The position numbers and the translations under genes were made by a program. From Lama guanicoe (taxonomy: Eukaryota): a stretch of DNA of 34,965 bases. Shown here in pieces: positions 21,586 through 34,897 of the stretch. Within the stretch, counting starts at the first letter, position 1; the number at the start of each line of letters is the position of its first letter. The notes beneath the pieces are model-generated. The model searched no databases. It was given only the letters and a program-made list of their open reading frames with translations, and had not been told where the DNA came from. The stretch spans positions 1,242,826 to 1,277,790 of the forward strand of contig MU053561.1 of NCBI GenBank assembly GCA_013239625.1. Direction: 5' to 3'.

Positions 21586-24052
21586 TACTACAAGTTACTC
21601 ACTTTAGATTTAAGGACATGTGTAGGCTGAAAATAAAAGGATGGAAATAGACATTCTATGCAAATAGTAACAAAAGAGATCAGGAGTGGGCATACTTCCA
21701 GACAAGATAGACTTTGAGTCAAACACTGTCACAAGTGACCGAAGAATACATTATATAAGGCTAAAATGGTCCATTTACCGAGAATATATAACAATCATAA
21801 ATACTTATTTACTTAGCAGCAGAGAACCTAAATGTATGAAGCAGATATTGACAAAATTGAATAACTAGCACGACAATAGTAGATTTCAATACCTATTTTT
21901 AATAATAGATCAGCCAGACAAAGATCAATCAGAAAATAGAGGACTTGAAGAGCACTATAGATCAAATGAACTTCACAGGCATTTACAGAACACTCTACCC
22001 ACTAATAGCAGAAAACACATACTTCTGTGTACATGGAGCATTCCTGAATATAGATACGTGTTAGGCACAAACAAGTCTTAACAAATTTAAGTAGACTGAA
22101 ATCAAACCAAGTATTTTTTCCCAACCACAGTGGAATGAAACTAGAAATCATTTGCAAAAGGAACAATGGAAAATTCACAGTTATCTTGAAACTAAACAAC
22201 ACACTTTTGAACAAACAATAAATAGATAAAAAATCACTAAGGAAATTAGATAACAATACAAATAGTAATTAAAGTATACCACACCAAACTTAAGGGATGC
22301 AGCAAAAGCAGTATGAAGAGGGAATTTTATAGTATTACCTACATTATTAAAGAAGAAAGATCTCAAACAAACAACCTAGCTTGATATCTCCAAGAGCTAG
22401 AAAAAGAAAAACTAAACCCCAAATTAGCAGAAGGAAGTAAATAATGAAGATTAGAGCCAAATAAACATAATAGAAAATAGAAAAACAATTAAAAATCAAT
22501 GAAACTAAGACTTACTTTTTGAAAAGATTAACAAAAGTGACAGACTTTAGCTGGACTGAGAAAAAGAGTGAACATTAAAATAAATAAAATTGGAAAGAAA
22601 AGAAGATATTACAGTAGATGCCACAGAAAGCTTAAAAAAAGATCATAAGAGACTACAATGAAAAATTATACCCCAACAGGCTGAATAGCCAGAAGAAATG
22701 GATAAATTTCTAGAAACATACAACCTACCAATCTACAGAATCATGAAGAACTTAACAAATCTAAACAGACCTATAACTAACATGGAGATTGAAGTAGGAA
22801 TCAAAAACTTTCCCCAAACAAAATGGCTTCACTGAAGAAGTTTACCAAATGTTCAAAGAAGAATTAATGCCAGTTGTTCTCATACTTTTCAAAAGAAGTC
22901 AAGAGGCACACTTCCAAACTATTTTGAGGCCAACATAGCCTTGATACTAAAATCAGACAAAAATACTGCAAGAAAAGAAAATGAGAAACCAATATCTCTG
23001 ACTACTATTGATGCAAAAATACTTAATAAATTGCTGGCAAGGTGAATTCAACCACACATTAAAAGGATTATATACCATGACCAACTATGATTTTTTCCTG
23101 AAATACAAGGATGGCTTAACCTATAAAAATGAGTCAAAGTATTATACTATATCAGCAGAGTGAAGGACAAAAACCACATGATTGTCTCAAATTAATGCAA
23201 AGAAAGTATTTCATAAAATTCACTGCTCTTTCATGATAAAAACTCAGCAAACTAGAAACAAGGAAATTATCTGAATTTTTAAAGGGCTGAATATGAAAAT
23301 CCCACAGCTAACATCATACCCAATGGTGAAAATCTGAAAGCTTTTTCTCTCATATCAGAATAAAGCAAGGATTCCCTTTCTTGCGACTTCTATTCAACAA
23401 AGTATTAAAGTCCTAGCCAGGGGAGTTAGGAAAGAAAAAGAAATAAAAGACATCCAAATCAGAAAAGAAGAAGTAAAATTATCTCTTTCACTGATAGTGT
23501 AATAGTATATGTAGAAAACTAAATATTCTTTTAAAACACCAACCCTGTTAGAAATAAAAAAACAAATTCAACGAAGTTGTAGAATACAAAATTAACACAT
23601 GAAAATCAGTTGTGCTTCTTTCTATACATTAACAGTGAACAATCTGGAAAGGAAATTAAGAAAACAATCCCAATTACAATAGCATAAAAATACTTAGGAA
23701 TAAACTGAACCAAGGAGGCAAAAGACTGGTACACTGAAAACTACAAAATGCTGTTAAAAGAAATTAAAGATACAAATTAATGGAAAGGCATTCTATATTC
23801 ATAGATTGGAGGACATAATATTATTAAAATAGCTATGCTACCCAAAGTGATCTACAGATTGCAATCCCTAATCAAAATCCTAATGGCATTTTTTTTTCAG
23901 AAATACAAAAATAAAACTCCTAAAATTCATACTGAATCTCCAAGTACCCAAATAGCAAAAACAATCTTGAGAAAGAAAAACAAAGCTGGAGGCCTTATAC
24001 TCCAATGTCAAAACTTACCACACATTTTACAGTAATAAAAATAGTATGGTAC

Positions 24053-25357
24053 TACTTGTTTATTCTTGCTTTTATTTCTATTGCTTGAGTAGACTGTCCT
24101 AGGAGAACATTTTTGAGATGTATGCCAGATAATGTTTTGCCTATATTTTCTTCTAGGAGGTTTATTGTATCTTGTCTCATGTTTAAGTCTTTGATCCATT
24201 TTGAGTTGATTTTTGTGTATGGTGTAAGGGAGTGTTCTAGCTTCACTGATTTACATGCTGCTGTCCAGTTTTCCCAACACCATGGGCTGAAGAGACTGTC
24301 TTTATCCCATTGTATATTCTTGCCTCCGTTGTCAAGATTAGTTGACCAAATGTTTGTGGGTTCATTTCTGGGCTCTCTATTCTGTTCCATTGGTCTATAT
24401 GTCTGTTTTTGTACCAATACCATGCTGTCTTGATGACTGTAGCTTATGGTATTGTCTGAAGTCTGGGAGAGTTATTCCTGAAGCCTCTTTCTTTTTCTTC
24501 AGTAATGCTTTGGCAACTTTAGGTCTTCAGTGGTTCCATATAAATTTTATTATGATTTGTTCTAGTTCTGTGAAATATGTCCTGGGTAATTGGATAGGGA
24601 TTGCATTAAATCTGTAGATTGCCTTGGGCAGTGTGACCATTTTAACAATATTGATTCTTGCCATCCAGGAGCATGGGCTATCTTTCCATTTATTAAAGTC
24701 TTCTTTAATTTCCTTCATCAATGGTTTATAGTTTCCTGTGTATAATTCTTTCACCTCCTTGGTTAGATTTATTCCCAGATATTTTATTACTTTGGGTGCT
24801 ATTTTAAAGGGGATTGTTTCTTTACTTTCTTTTTCTGTTGATTCATCATTAGTGTAAAGAAATGCAACTGAATTTTGAACGTTAATCTTGTAACCTGCTA
24901 CCTTGCTGAATTCTTCGATCAGCTCTAGTAGTTTTTGTGTGGACCTTTTAGGGTTTTCTATATATAGTAACATGTCGTCAGCATACAGTGACACTTTTAC
25001 CTCTTCTTTTCCAATTTGGATCCCTTTTATTTCTCTCTCTTGCCTGGTTGCTGTGGCTAGGACTTCTAAGACTATGTTGAATAGGAGTGGTGATAGTGGG
25101 CATCCTTGTTTTGTCCCAGATTTTAGTGGGAAGCATTTTAGTTTTTCACCATTGAGTACTATGCTGGCTGTCAGTTTGTCATATATAGCTTTTATTATGT
25201 TGAGATATGTTCCTTCTATACCCACTTTGGTGAGTTTTTTTTTATCATAAATGGGTATTGAATTTTATCTGTTGAGATGATCATGTGGTTTTTGTCCTTT
25301 GTCTTGTTGATGTGATGTATTACATTGATTGATTTGCATATGTTGAACCACTCTTGT
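24053..25357 (-). mobile_element. Inverted 5' segment of a relatively young LINE-1 (ORF2 RT region)
   Basis: ORF 24527..25225 is a clean RT ([41 protein letters not shown]). ORF 24052..24423 ends at IEIKARINK. Confidence 0.95.
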
Positions 25358-26441
25358 GGACCTAATTAAACTTATAAGCTTCTGCACAGCAAAGTAAACC
25401 AAAAGTAAAAAGAAAAAGACAACCTACGGAATGGGAGAAAATTTTTGGAAATGAAGCCATCAGAGGCTTGATCTCCAGAATATATAAGCAACTCATACGA
25501 CTGAATAAGAAAAAAACAAACCACCTAATCCAAAAATGGGCAGAAGACCTAAACAAGCAATTCTCCAAGGAAGACATACAAATGATCAATAGGCACATGA
25601 AAAAAAGTTCAATATTACTAATTATCAGAGAAATACAAATCAAAACTACAGTGAAGTATCACGTCACACCAGTCAGAATGGCCATCCTTCAAAAATCCAC
25701 AAATGACAAATGCTGGAGAGGCTGTGGAGAAAAGGGAACCCTCCTACACTGTTGGTGGGAATGCAGTTTGGTGCAGCCACTGTGGAAAACAGTACGGAGA
25801 TTCCTCAAAAGACTAGGAATAGACTTACCATATGACCCAGTAATCCCACTCCTGGGCATATATCCAGAAGGAACCCTACTTCAAAATGCCACCTGGACCC
25901 CAATGCTCATAGCAGCACTATTTCCAAAAGCCAAGACATGGAAAGAGCCTAAATGTCCATCAACAGATGACTGGGTAAAGAAGAAGTGGTATATTTATAC
26001 AATGGAATACTATTCAGCCATAAAAACCGACAACATAATGCCATTTGCAGCAACATGGATGTTCCTGGAGAATGTCATTCTAAGTGAAGTAAGCCAAAAA
26101 GAGAAAGACAAATATCATATGAGATCGCTGATATGTGGAATCTAAAAACAAAGCATAAGTACAAAACAGAAACAGAATAACAGATGTAGAATACAAACTT
26201 GTGGTTGCCAGGGGGCAGGGGGTGGGAAGGGACAGACTGGGATTTCAAAATGTAGAATGGATAAACAAGATTATACTGTATAGCACAGGGAATATATACA
26301 AGATCTTATGGTAGCTCACAGAGAAAAAAATGTGACAATGAATATGCATATGTACATGTATAACTGAAAAATTGTGGTCTACACTGGAATTTGATACAAC
26401 ATTGTAAAGTGATTACAAATCAATAAAAAATGTTTAAAAAA
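25358..26441 (+). mobile_element. Forward 3' segment of the same young LINE-1 (ORF2 C-terminus, 3' UTR, A tail), camelid-like
   Basis: Begins ggacctaattaaac (DLIKL). ORF 25468..26145 has [18 protein letters not shown] and ends SLICGI*. G-rich 3' UTR gggggcagggggtgggaaggg and caataaaaaatgtttaaaaaa. Confidence 0.95.
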
Positions 26442-27828
26442 TTATATGATACAGTCATAAAGACAGACATAAAGACTAATGGAACAGAATAGAGTCCAGA
26501 AATAAACTCACATGCATATGATCAAATGATCTTTGACAAGTGTGGCAATGGTACACAATTGGAAAATGATAGTCTCTTTAACAGTGTTTGAAAAATGTGT
26601 ACCTATATGCAAATAATGAAGATGGATTCTTACATCATATACAGAAATTAACTCAAACTGCATCAAAAGACGTAAATGTAATAGTTGAAACTATTAAAAT
26701 ATTAGAAGAAAATATAGGGGGAAAAGCTTCATGACATTGGATTTAGCAGTGTTTCTTGGATGTGACACCGAAAGTACAGGCAACAGAAAGATAAAAGGAA
26801 AAGGAGCAAACAGGACCACATCAAACTTACCAGCTTTTCTGCATCAAAGGAAAGAATCAACAGAGTGAAAAGGCAACCTACAGAATGGGAAATATATTTG
26901 CAAATCATATTTCTGATAAAGTGTTAATATCTAGAATATGTAAAGAACTCCTACAACTCTACAACAAAATAGAGCAATTTGATTAAAAAATGGGCAATGG
27001 ACTTGAATAAACATTTCTCCAAAGATGACTTTACAAAGGCCAGCAAGACTGTGAGAAGATGCTCAGCATTACTAGTCATCAGACAAATACAAATTAAAAC
27101 CACAATGAAATATCATCTTACCCCTATTAGGATGGCCGCTATCAAAAACAAACAAACAAAAACCCAGAAAACAACAAGTATTGGAGAGGATATGGAGAAA
27201 CTGGAACCCTTGTACACCATTGGTGGGAATGTTATGGTGTAAAGTAGTTTGGAGTTTCCTCAAAAAATTAAAAATAGAATTACCAGGTAATCCAGCATCC
27301 CACTTCTGGATATATACCCCAAAGAATTTAAACCTGGATCTTGAAGAGGTATTTGCATCCCCATGTTCACTGCAGTACTACTCACAGTAGCCAAATGTGT
27401 AAACAATGTAAATGTCTACTGATGGATGAATGGGTAAAGAAAATGTAGTATAGACTTATAATCCAATATTATTTAGCCTTAAAAAGGAAATCTTGTCATA
27501 TGCTAGACCATAGATGAACCTTGAGGACATTATGCCAAGTGAAATAAGTCAGTCACAGAAACACAGATCCTTCATGATTCCACCTATATGAAGTATCTAA
27601 AGTTGTCAAACCCTTAGAAACAGAAAATAGAATGAAGTTTTCCAGGGGTTGTGGGTGGGATATACAGGAGTTTTTGTTCAATGGATGTAAAGTTTTCATA
27701 TTAAGATGAAAAAATTCTATAGAGCTGTTGCACAATATGGTGTGTATAATCAACACTATTGTCTTGTACACTAAAAATGGTAGAATGGTTAATTTTCTGT
27801 TACGTGTACTTTGAGTACAGTTGAAAAA

Positions 27829-27982
27829 AGGGACATGAGGAAACTGATGGTTAGATATGTTCATGATTTAGATTATGTTGATAATTTCATGCATGTCATC
27901 ATATATTAAATCTTATGTTTCATGCTTGAAATATGTGCAGCTAATATGTATGTTAATTCTACCACAGTAAAGGTATTGAAAC
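27829..27982 (+). mobile_element. Ancient L1 (L1MD/ME-like) 3' terminal fragment
   Basis: gatatgttcatgatttagattatgttgataatttcatgcatgt, aaatatgtgcagctaatatgtatgttaatt. Confidence 0.6.
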
Positions 27983-30700
27983 ATTGTATGTATCTTATTT
28001 TTTCAGATCTCATTTATTATTTCTAATGGATGAGCTGATTTATATTCTTGGTTATTTTAGGGAGTCCCTCACATTTGAGGCTGTTGTGTTTCTAAGAGAG
28101 AGGTAAATAGAAGATGTCGCCAGTCTGCAAATGAAGTGGTACCTATTCCTTCAGTTTGAGGACAGCCATAACTTCTAGCATGAAGAAAGCTGGTATCAGA
28201 ATATGGTGGAGAGGCTTAGCTATATGGGGGCTAGTACTTAGCATTTTTTCAAACATACATACAGACATGCACACATTTCACAGCTGACCTACCCTCATCC
28301 TCACTCCTTCGTAATTCTAGGAACAGGCATGCAAAATGTTGCTCTGTAATGGTTGTTTGTGTAGTGGGGCTGTGGTGCTGGCTATGACAGTTTTCTGGAG
28401 GAGGCTTATAACAGACCAAGAGGTAATCATAATGATTATTATCATGTTCTTCATAGTTCTGTAATGGTATAATTTTGTAACAAAATTTGGTACTTACTTC
28501 CTGATGTTGACCAAGGGCATTCATAACATACTCTAGGACTTCATTACAGGGCTGGGGTGTCTTCTGAGGAGACACCCCAGGGAGACAAGATGGAGCCAGA
28601 AACAACTAAAGTCCTCTGTTGTCACTGAAGTATTGGGGCTAGGTGGTCATTGTTACTTTTTGTCCCCTCTGCCTCCACTGGGCCAGAGAGGGTATTATTC
28701 TAAATATATTAGAAGATTGTCACTCCAGGCTACTAGAATTGCTTCAAACTTTGAGTCTATCCTAGTCCATGGCTGGTTAGTTACTGTGAACAGGGAATCT
28801 CTTTAAGACTATATTTTTGACCGTCATTCCTAGGATTTGTTAGGTCAATGAAGATTATTTCAGACCATACTAGTGTTAGTTAACATTAATGTGAGGTATC
28901 CTTTCATCTTGAAGTGTCAACACCTATAGAATTACATATAAACAAATGCTTTTGGACCTCAGAAACAGTGGAGTAGAAGAAACTTTGTGCTCATCTACCC
29001 AGGGAAATGAGACACATTGACTATGGTTAGATGAAGCTAAACATTTGAGTAAAATTGTAATATACACAAATACCAGGTGTTTCTAATAGCCAAATATTTG
29101 CCTTTTTTTAGACCCAGACATCTGGCTGATTACATTTTTCAATAGGGTATTTGGGTAGATACAGCCTTAGAAATGACAAATGTAAAGTAATGATGGTTAT
29201 AATCATATTTCTGCCTTGTAACACTGACAGTGTTAAAAATGCAAATGGTTTATTTTTACATATTTAAGAAATAATTTTTAAAAAATGAGATCATGAGTGA
29301 TTTTTGTGAGCATTCATTAATTTTCTTAAAAATATTTTTTTGAAAAATACCAAAAATCACAAAGTCATCTAAGAGATGAAAATAAATAGAGCAGAAGCTT
29401 AATCAAAAATGCAATAGTAGTAAGGAATTAGAAAAAAATAAGAAAACAGGAGAAAAAAACAGGAAAAAGCTGCAATGTGAATAATTGCCTGGGCAACTTT
29501 TCCAATCCCAGATAATATGAACACTAGTGTTCTTTGAGACTGACCATGAGTGAAATTTGACGTTTAGATAGTATATATTTCCTTGTAATTATCCTCATCT
29601 AACATCTGTGTTAACTATTTCCTAAAGAGGCATTTATGACACATGGTTTTTGAAGGCTTAAAATTTAACTGTCTCTGTTAATTTAATACATGGGCAAACA
29701 AGGGCAAGGGCATAGAAGTAGGGTCTATCTTTAAAATTTTTAAATTAAAGGAACTTTTCATCTTAAAATATTTGCAGACTTATGAAAATGTTCAAAAACA
29801 GCATTACAAATTCTCAAATACCCATAATCTTGAGTCTCTAAATGTTAACATCTTACATAACCACAGTACAGCTATCAAAATCCAGAAACTGCCATTGATA
29901 AAATATTATCCAATCTATAGACTTTATTTCATATTTTACCTATTAATGGTCTTTTTCTGGCCCAGGATCATGCATTACTATTGGTTTCCATGTGCCCTTC
30001 AATCTGGATCATTCCTCCAGTCTTTCTTTGTCTTTTATAACTTTGGTACTTTGAAAGAGTACTGGCCAGTTATTTTTGTAGAATATCCTCAATTTGTGTG
30101 ACATTCCTTCATGTTAAGATTAACACAGAAGTTACGTGTTTTTCTCAGTGCAGCATCAAGAGTTACATGATTAAGATTTTTCCCATTACTGGTGATGTTA
30201 ACTTTCATGACTTGATTAAGGTCATGTTTGTTAATTTTCTTCTCTCTAAAGTTACCATTTTTCCTTTTGCAATTAGTAAGCATTTTGTGGTGAGATATTT
30301 TGAGACTACGGAAGTATCCTGTTTCTCATACTTTTGCCCACTAATTTTTAAAACTCCATTGATGACTCTTATCTACAGCAATTTGTTTGCTAAATTATAA
30401 TTTTCTACTTCCATCATTCCTTCTACATTTCTTAGTTGGAATTCTAACATAAGGAAGAGTTATTCCTTCTACCTCATTCATTTATTTAATTATTTGTGTC
30501 CATATGGACAGATGGATTCTTATCTTTGTCTATAAGCCATATTCCATTACTAACTTTATTATTTTGCTTTTCAAATTGTCTCAAATTTGGTAATCAGGAG
30601 CTCCTTCCAGTTGGCTTCTGTGTCCCTTTGACAAGCTCCTGCCAATTTTTTCAGTACTTCCTTACTTCCTGGCACCATAAAATACCCTAAGCTTACCTTT

Positions 30701-30753
30701 CATTCCTTTTTTAAAATTAATTTTTTTCCTTCCAGTTTTGAGATATAATTGAT
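30701..30753 (-). mobile_element. Ultra-short (about 53 bp) L1 3'-tip insertion with 13-bp TSD
   Basis: T-rich tail plus ccttccagttttgagatataattga, flanked by TAAGCTTACCTTT (30688-30700) and TAGGCTCACCTTT (30754-30766). Confidence 0.6.
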
Positions 30754-30939
30754 TAGGCTCACCTTTTTTTTTTTTTTCTTTTCCCTGCCCCAGTCTTGGA
30801 ATCAGCTTTTTCTCTAAGGAGTCCTGTTGCCTTCTATTGGAAACTATTTAGAATCTAGTATCTGGGTGTTAGGGGTACTCACGGCTACCAGAGTGTCATT
30901 GCTTTTAGGCCCTCAGCAGATGGATTTAGGAAATACCTA

Positions 30940-31425
30940 AACTTAGGAAACAGGAACACATCTGTAGTTGAATGAGTTGTTACTGCTTATTGTGATGAGG
31001 GAGGCTGCACACTATGGCAAATCACGAGTCATCTTAACAAGAGGATGTAAGAAAGTACTTATTACAATATTTGGGCTCACGTCAGGTGTTTTAGGGAAGG
31101 GTTTAAGGAAGTGGGACTTTGCTCTGAAATGGGTGTTGTTACTAAGGGGGTACTTCTCTGGGAATCTTAAATTTTATCTGAACAGAAGTCTGTAGGGAGG
31201 CTAAGGCTGTAATTTGAAAAGAAGGGGTCAATACAGTAGCCACAATAGGGGATGTTTAGTTACTTTTGTGGTTTGCAGTGATCTTGTTTTTGTGTTCAAA
31301 CAAAATTGTACAAAGTATTTTTGGGTGCGTCTGAGTCATTTCAAGAACATTCCTATCTTTGGGTGCCATGAGACAGGCACTCAGTGACTCTCTGATTTTG
31401 GTGCTCTGTGGGATTATTTATATTC
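30940..31425. mobile_element. Probable ancient ERV LTR (family not determined)
   Basis: About 480-bp block of distinct composition that interrupts the L1MC-like element. Looks LTR-like from memory only. Confidence 0.4.
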
Positions 31426-31519
31426 TAAAGGACAACATCATGGCCTGGTTTTGAATGACAGCCAGTTAGTGGATGCCATGGGCCACTCTTCTGTTTCTCA
31501 GTGTATTCACACACATCTC

Positions 31520-31577
31520 TTTCTTCCTCCCTTCCTCCCTCCCTCCCTTTTTCTGTGCCCCTCCCTCCCCCCCTTTC
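31520..31577 (+). repeat. CT-rich low-complexity repeat (CCCT)n
   Basis: Read directly. Confidence 0.75.
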
Positions 31578-31934
31578 ACCAGTCATCTGTCTATCATCTA
31601 ACCTGTCTGTCAGCATCATCTATTGAACTTAAAACCATGAGTTCATGATGGCACCTTCAACTATATCTTTCAAATCCATATTTCAAAAAAGAACTGAGTG
31701 GTGTTCAGAGTTCGGACTTTCCAGAGAAAGTACAGAAGATTTATATCTTAGTGGCAAATTATGAAGTTGTAGGCTGCTGAGTAGTCGGCCATAATAAAGT
31801 GTGACTCTACCTAATACATAGACATTGCACCATTAGTTACTGAAATAATGTTAAGTCTTTGAAGGTAGGAGCCTGATCTTTCCTTTTCAGAGTTAAGTGT
31901 GTACCCAGTAGGTCTTCTCCCAGTTTTTGATAAT

Positions 31935-32435
31935 GGATGCCGTTAGCCACATTTGAAGTGTCTGCGCAGCTCAGGGATCCCTTTCCCTATAGCCTCGTTC
32001 CCAGCTGTTAGCTCTTGGGGCCCTGTTTATATGACCTTGCCCACACTGTCCGTAGTCGGTAAGACTAGAAATGGGAAACTGGATCATTTTGGGTCTTTTC
32101 CCTAGGCATTTGAAATTGGGTCTAGAATACCCCTTGAGGCTACAACTGTAGCACTGAATGTGGGAAAGCTGGCAACCATCTTATGTCTGTGATGTGGACC
32201 AAAGAAAAAGAGAAGGCGAGTTTACACACAGAAGAAGAAAGCAGACACCGGGGAATGGGGGAAGCAGAGGAGGAGTCTCTGTAGCTTTCGAGACCTTGGT
32301 TCAGTTACCTTTCTAAGACTCCGGAACATTCTTATCCTTGAATGGGGATCACCATGAGACAGCTCTTCCTTCTTTATGGTTTTAATAGGTTGTGTTTAAA
32401 CTGGTTTATGATCCTTGCAGAAGTTTCCTAATGAA
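31935..32435 (+). mobile_element. Ancient MaLR LTR (MLT1-type)
   Basis: ccctaggcatttgaaattggg, gctggcaaccatctt, gaagaaagcagacac, ccttggttcagtt, ending ccttgcagaagtttccctaat. Confidence 0.5.
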
Positions 32436-32669
32436 AAAATAGAGGAAATGATATTGTAGTGGTTATGGTGTGCCAGAGATAAAATTATAAAGCAGATGAT
32501 TCTGAAGTTATTGACATCTTGAAAATACTTCAATCCTCAGAGACCTTTTTTCCTCTGGAGATGGTGTTCCTATGTGTCTCCTCTAAGTCTTCTGAAGCTG
32601 GAAGGCAGCTCTGTCTTCACCTAGGACTGGTATCCCTGGGGAATTGTCTTCTGCTTTGCTTGGTAATTT

Positions 32670-33490
32670 GTAAATAGCATTTCCCATTTTATAAAATTAT
32701 AAAATGCATTCTAATTATAGAAAATATTTTAGAAACCAAATAACAAGGAAAGCAAAAGTCTCCCAAATACACAGTCAGATACTGTGGTATTTTAACCACT
32801 AGTCATAGATATTTTTTTAAACAAAGTTGAGATCATACTAAATTTGGAAATTTGAATCATTCTTTTCTGATTAACATTGCATCATGAATATTTTCTTATA
32901 AGCTTCAAAAAATGATGCTAGAGGCTGCATAATATTCTACTGTGTGGTTGCTGCATGAATTATGCACTAATTCTCTTATTTTTGAATATTTCTGCCTTAT
33001 TTTATTTTCTCTAGCTTCGTCTCTGATGATTTCATGAGAATAGAGTCTTAGAGGTGAAATTGCTGAATCAAAGAGTAAGGAATTTTAACACTAAGCAGGG
33101 GAAGACAATGACAATGTCCAGAGGAGACTGGCCAATAAGATAGCAGAAACCTCACTGTTGCCATGGAGCAGAGCTGACCCGCTACCCTCTGTTCTTACAT
33201 GAGGGATAAATACAATTCTGTCTTACTGAAACCACTTCACTGTTGAGCTTTTGTGACAGCAGCGTAGCATTCCCCTAATTTCTATTAGATGGCTTAATGT
33301 TTTTTTCAGTGATTTTTACAGAGTCTTTATCTAAAGAACTAGCCCTGTTTTGTACATCACAAATATGTCCCTCAATTTGTCCCTTGCCCTTCAATGTGGT
33401 TTGAGAGATTGAAATAAATAAAAAGTAACTTTTATATGAAAAAACTAGCCATTTCCTTTCTGCTTTGTTTTACTGACTTATACTGAGGCA
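32670..33490 (-). mobile_element. Ancient L1 (L1ME-like) fragments with an MLT1 remnant at about 33095-33282
   Basis: acaaagttgagatcatact, ggctgcataatattctactgtgtgg, agtcttagaggtgaaattgctgaatcaaagagt. MLT1-type end cttttgtgacagcagcgtagc. Confidence 0.55.
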
Positions 33491-34459
33491 GTTTTTATAA
33501 TACTCTGAGGAAAAACTCTGGAGGAAAAAACTAAGAGAAGAGATGTTTTTGAAAATGGAGGGACATTATGAGGTGAGAACTGAAGCAGTGATTTCCAACT
33601 GTTTTCGATTTGTAGTTCAGAATTGATGTTCCCTATATGTTACATATTTATTGTTATATGTTAATTCAGAAAAAATCAGAAAAGCAACACTGGATAGGAA
33701 AAATGAAAAATTTGAACTCATCTAGATTTTTACTATTTGGGGGGAATTTGTTGACATTTTGGTGAAAATCTTTTTAGACTTTTAGACGTCTTTCTAAGTA
33801 AAAATTTAAAGATATATATGAACTATTTTTACAGAAAAGAATCATACTAAAATTATTTCATAACTCATTTTTATTGTATCATAAATGTTATTACATTTAA
33901 ATACATTAAATAGAAATAGCTCTATTTAAATAAAGTTAAACTGAAATTAAACTGGTTTTAAGAACTTCATGACATTTCTGGGAATGATTGAAAACCCATA
34001 TGACTCTGAAAGTAGGCTGGGACTCCCTAAATCAGAAGAATCCAGACAATGACTAAATAGTCTAGTGGCTTTGCTGACACCACTGTTACAGCTCCAGTAT
34101 TCTCAATTCAAAACACATGAATGAATGGAGTTTGAAAAGTAATTGGATCTTAAGAAAGTCTTCTGTTTGTTGGTTTCATATATTCAAATTAAAAGAATTT
34201 TTACCATGAAAAAATATATAAAGGAGTACCTTGGTAAAGTAACCTTGTGTCTTCTGATTTTCTTTCTGGTTAACATTTTCTCCTGCTTCTAGCCTCACTC
34301 ACTTCAGCCAGACCTAATTTCTAAGGCATGTGACGAGCTAAATAAAATGAAACCCAGAAGAATTCAGGCAGTAAATAGCTTAAGTAGGCAGTCTGCACAA
34401 AACTAGGAGTGTACAATACTCGAGGAGAATGAGGCTGAACACTGTAAAAGTTCAGTCTG

Positions 34460-34604
34460 GGTAGTTCTCAAAGATGGTTTAGGACCCCCTGATCAGCATC
34501 ACTTACTAAAATGCAAATTCTCAGGGACTCCCCTCCGCCCATCCTCCAAATAGTGAATCAGATGCCCTGGAGGTGAAGCCAAGGAGTTAATCCCCAGACA
34601 ATTC
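34460..34604. mobile_element. hAT-Charlie MITE (MER5-like)
   Basis: agttctcaaag, cagcatcac, aaatgcaaattctcaggg, tgaatcaga, ccccagacaattct. Confidence 0.7.
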
Positions 34605-34856
34605 TTTTTTTTTTTTTTTGGTTTTATTGAGATATAATTGATGAATAAAATTATAATATATTTAAACAGTTTATATAGATATACATATATATGAACATGA
34701 ATTTATATACAACATGATGATTTGTTCAGTCCCTCCCATTGAGTTAACATATCAATGACCTTAATTATCTTTTTTATTTATTCTTTTTGTGTGTGTGTGT
34801 GTGTGTGAGAACACAAGTTACCCTCTTAGCAAGTTTCAATTATACAACACAGTATT
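34605..34856 (-). mobile_element. LINE-1 3' end (L1MA-like) with internal (TG)n at 34789-34807
   Basis: Poly-T followed by ttttattgagatataattga; cctcttagcaagtttcaattatacaacacagtatt. Confidence 0.8.
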
Positions 34857-34897
34857 TTTTTTTCATCAATAATATATGGACATCTTTATCTTTATTC

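Larger units (their letters stand above)
21590..27828 (+). mobile_element. Old LINE-1 (L1MA/L1MB-like): near-complete degenerate ORF2 plus 3' UTR, interrupted at 24053-26436 by a younger L1
   Basis: Collinear ORF2 from the endonuclease (ctacaagttactcactttagatttaagg; GILPDKIDF) through RT (MLPKVIYR; KTILRKKNKAGG) to the C-terminus (IKKWAMDLNKHFSK; KTTMKYHLTPIRMA). 3' UTR gttcaatggatgtaaagtttt..gtacactaaaaatggtagaatggt. Confidence 0.93.
29735..31665 (-). mobile_element. L1MC-like (L1MC4-type) long 3' UTR, interrupted by a micro-L1 (30701-30753) and a probable LTR (about 30940-31425)
   Basis: aatgttaacatcttacataaccacagtaca, ttgaaagagtactggccagttattttt, cccattactggtgatgttaacttt, ttccctgccccagtcttggaatcagc. 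Resumes at aaaaccatgagttcat. Confidence 0.8.

Noticed and set aside
24527..26145. 232-aa and 225-aa ORFs as host genes or an active L1
   Set aside because: Fragments of a truncated, inverted, frameshifted L1 ORF2 with no promoter or ORF1.
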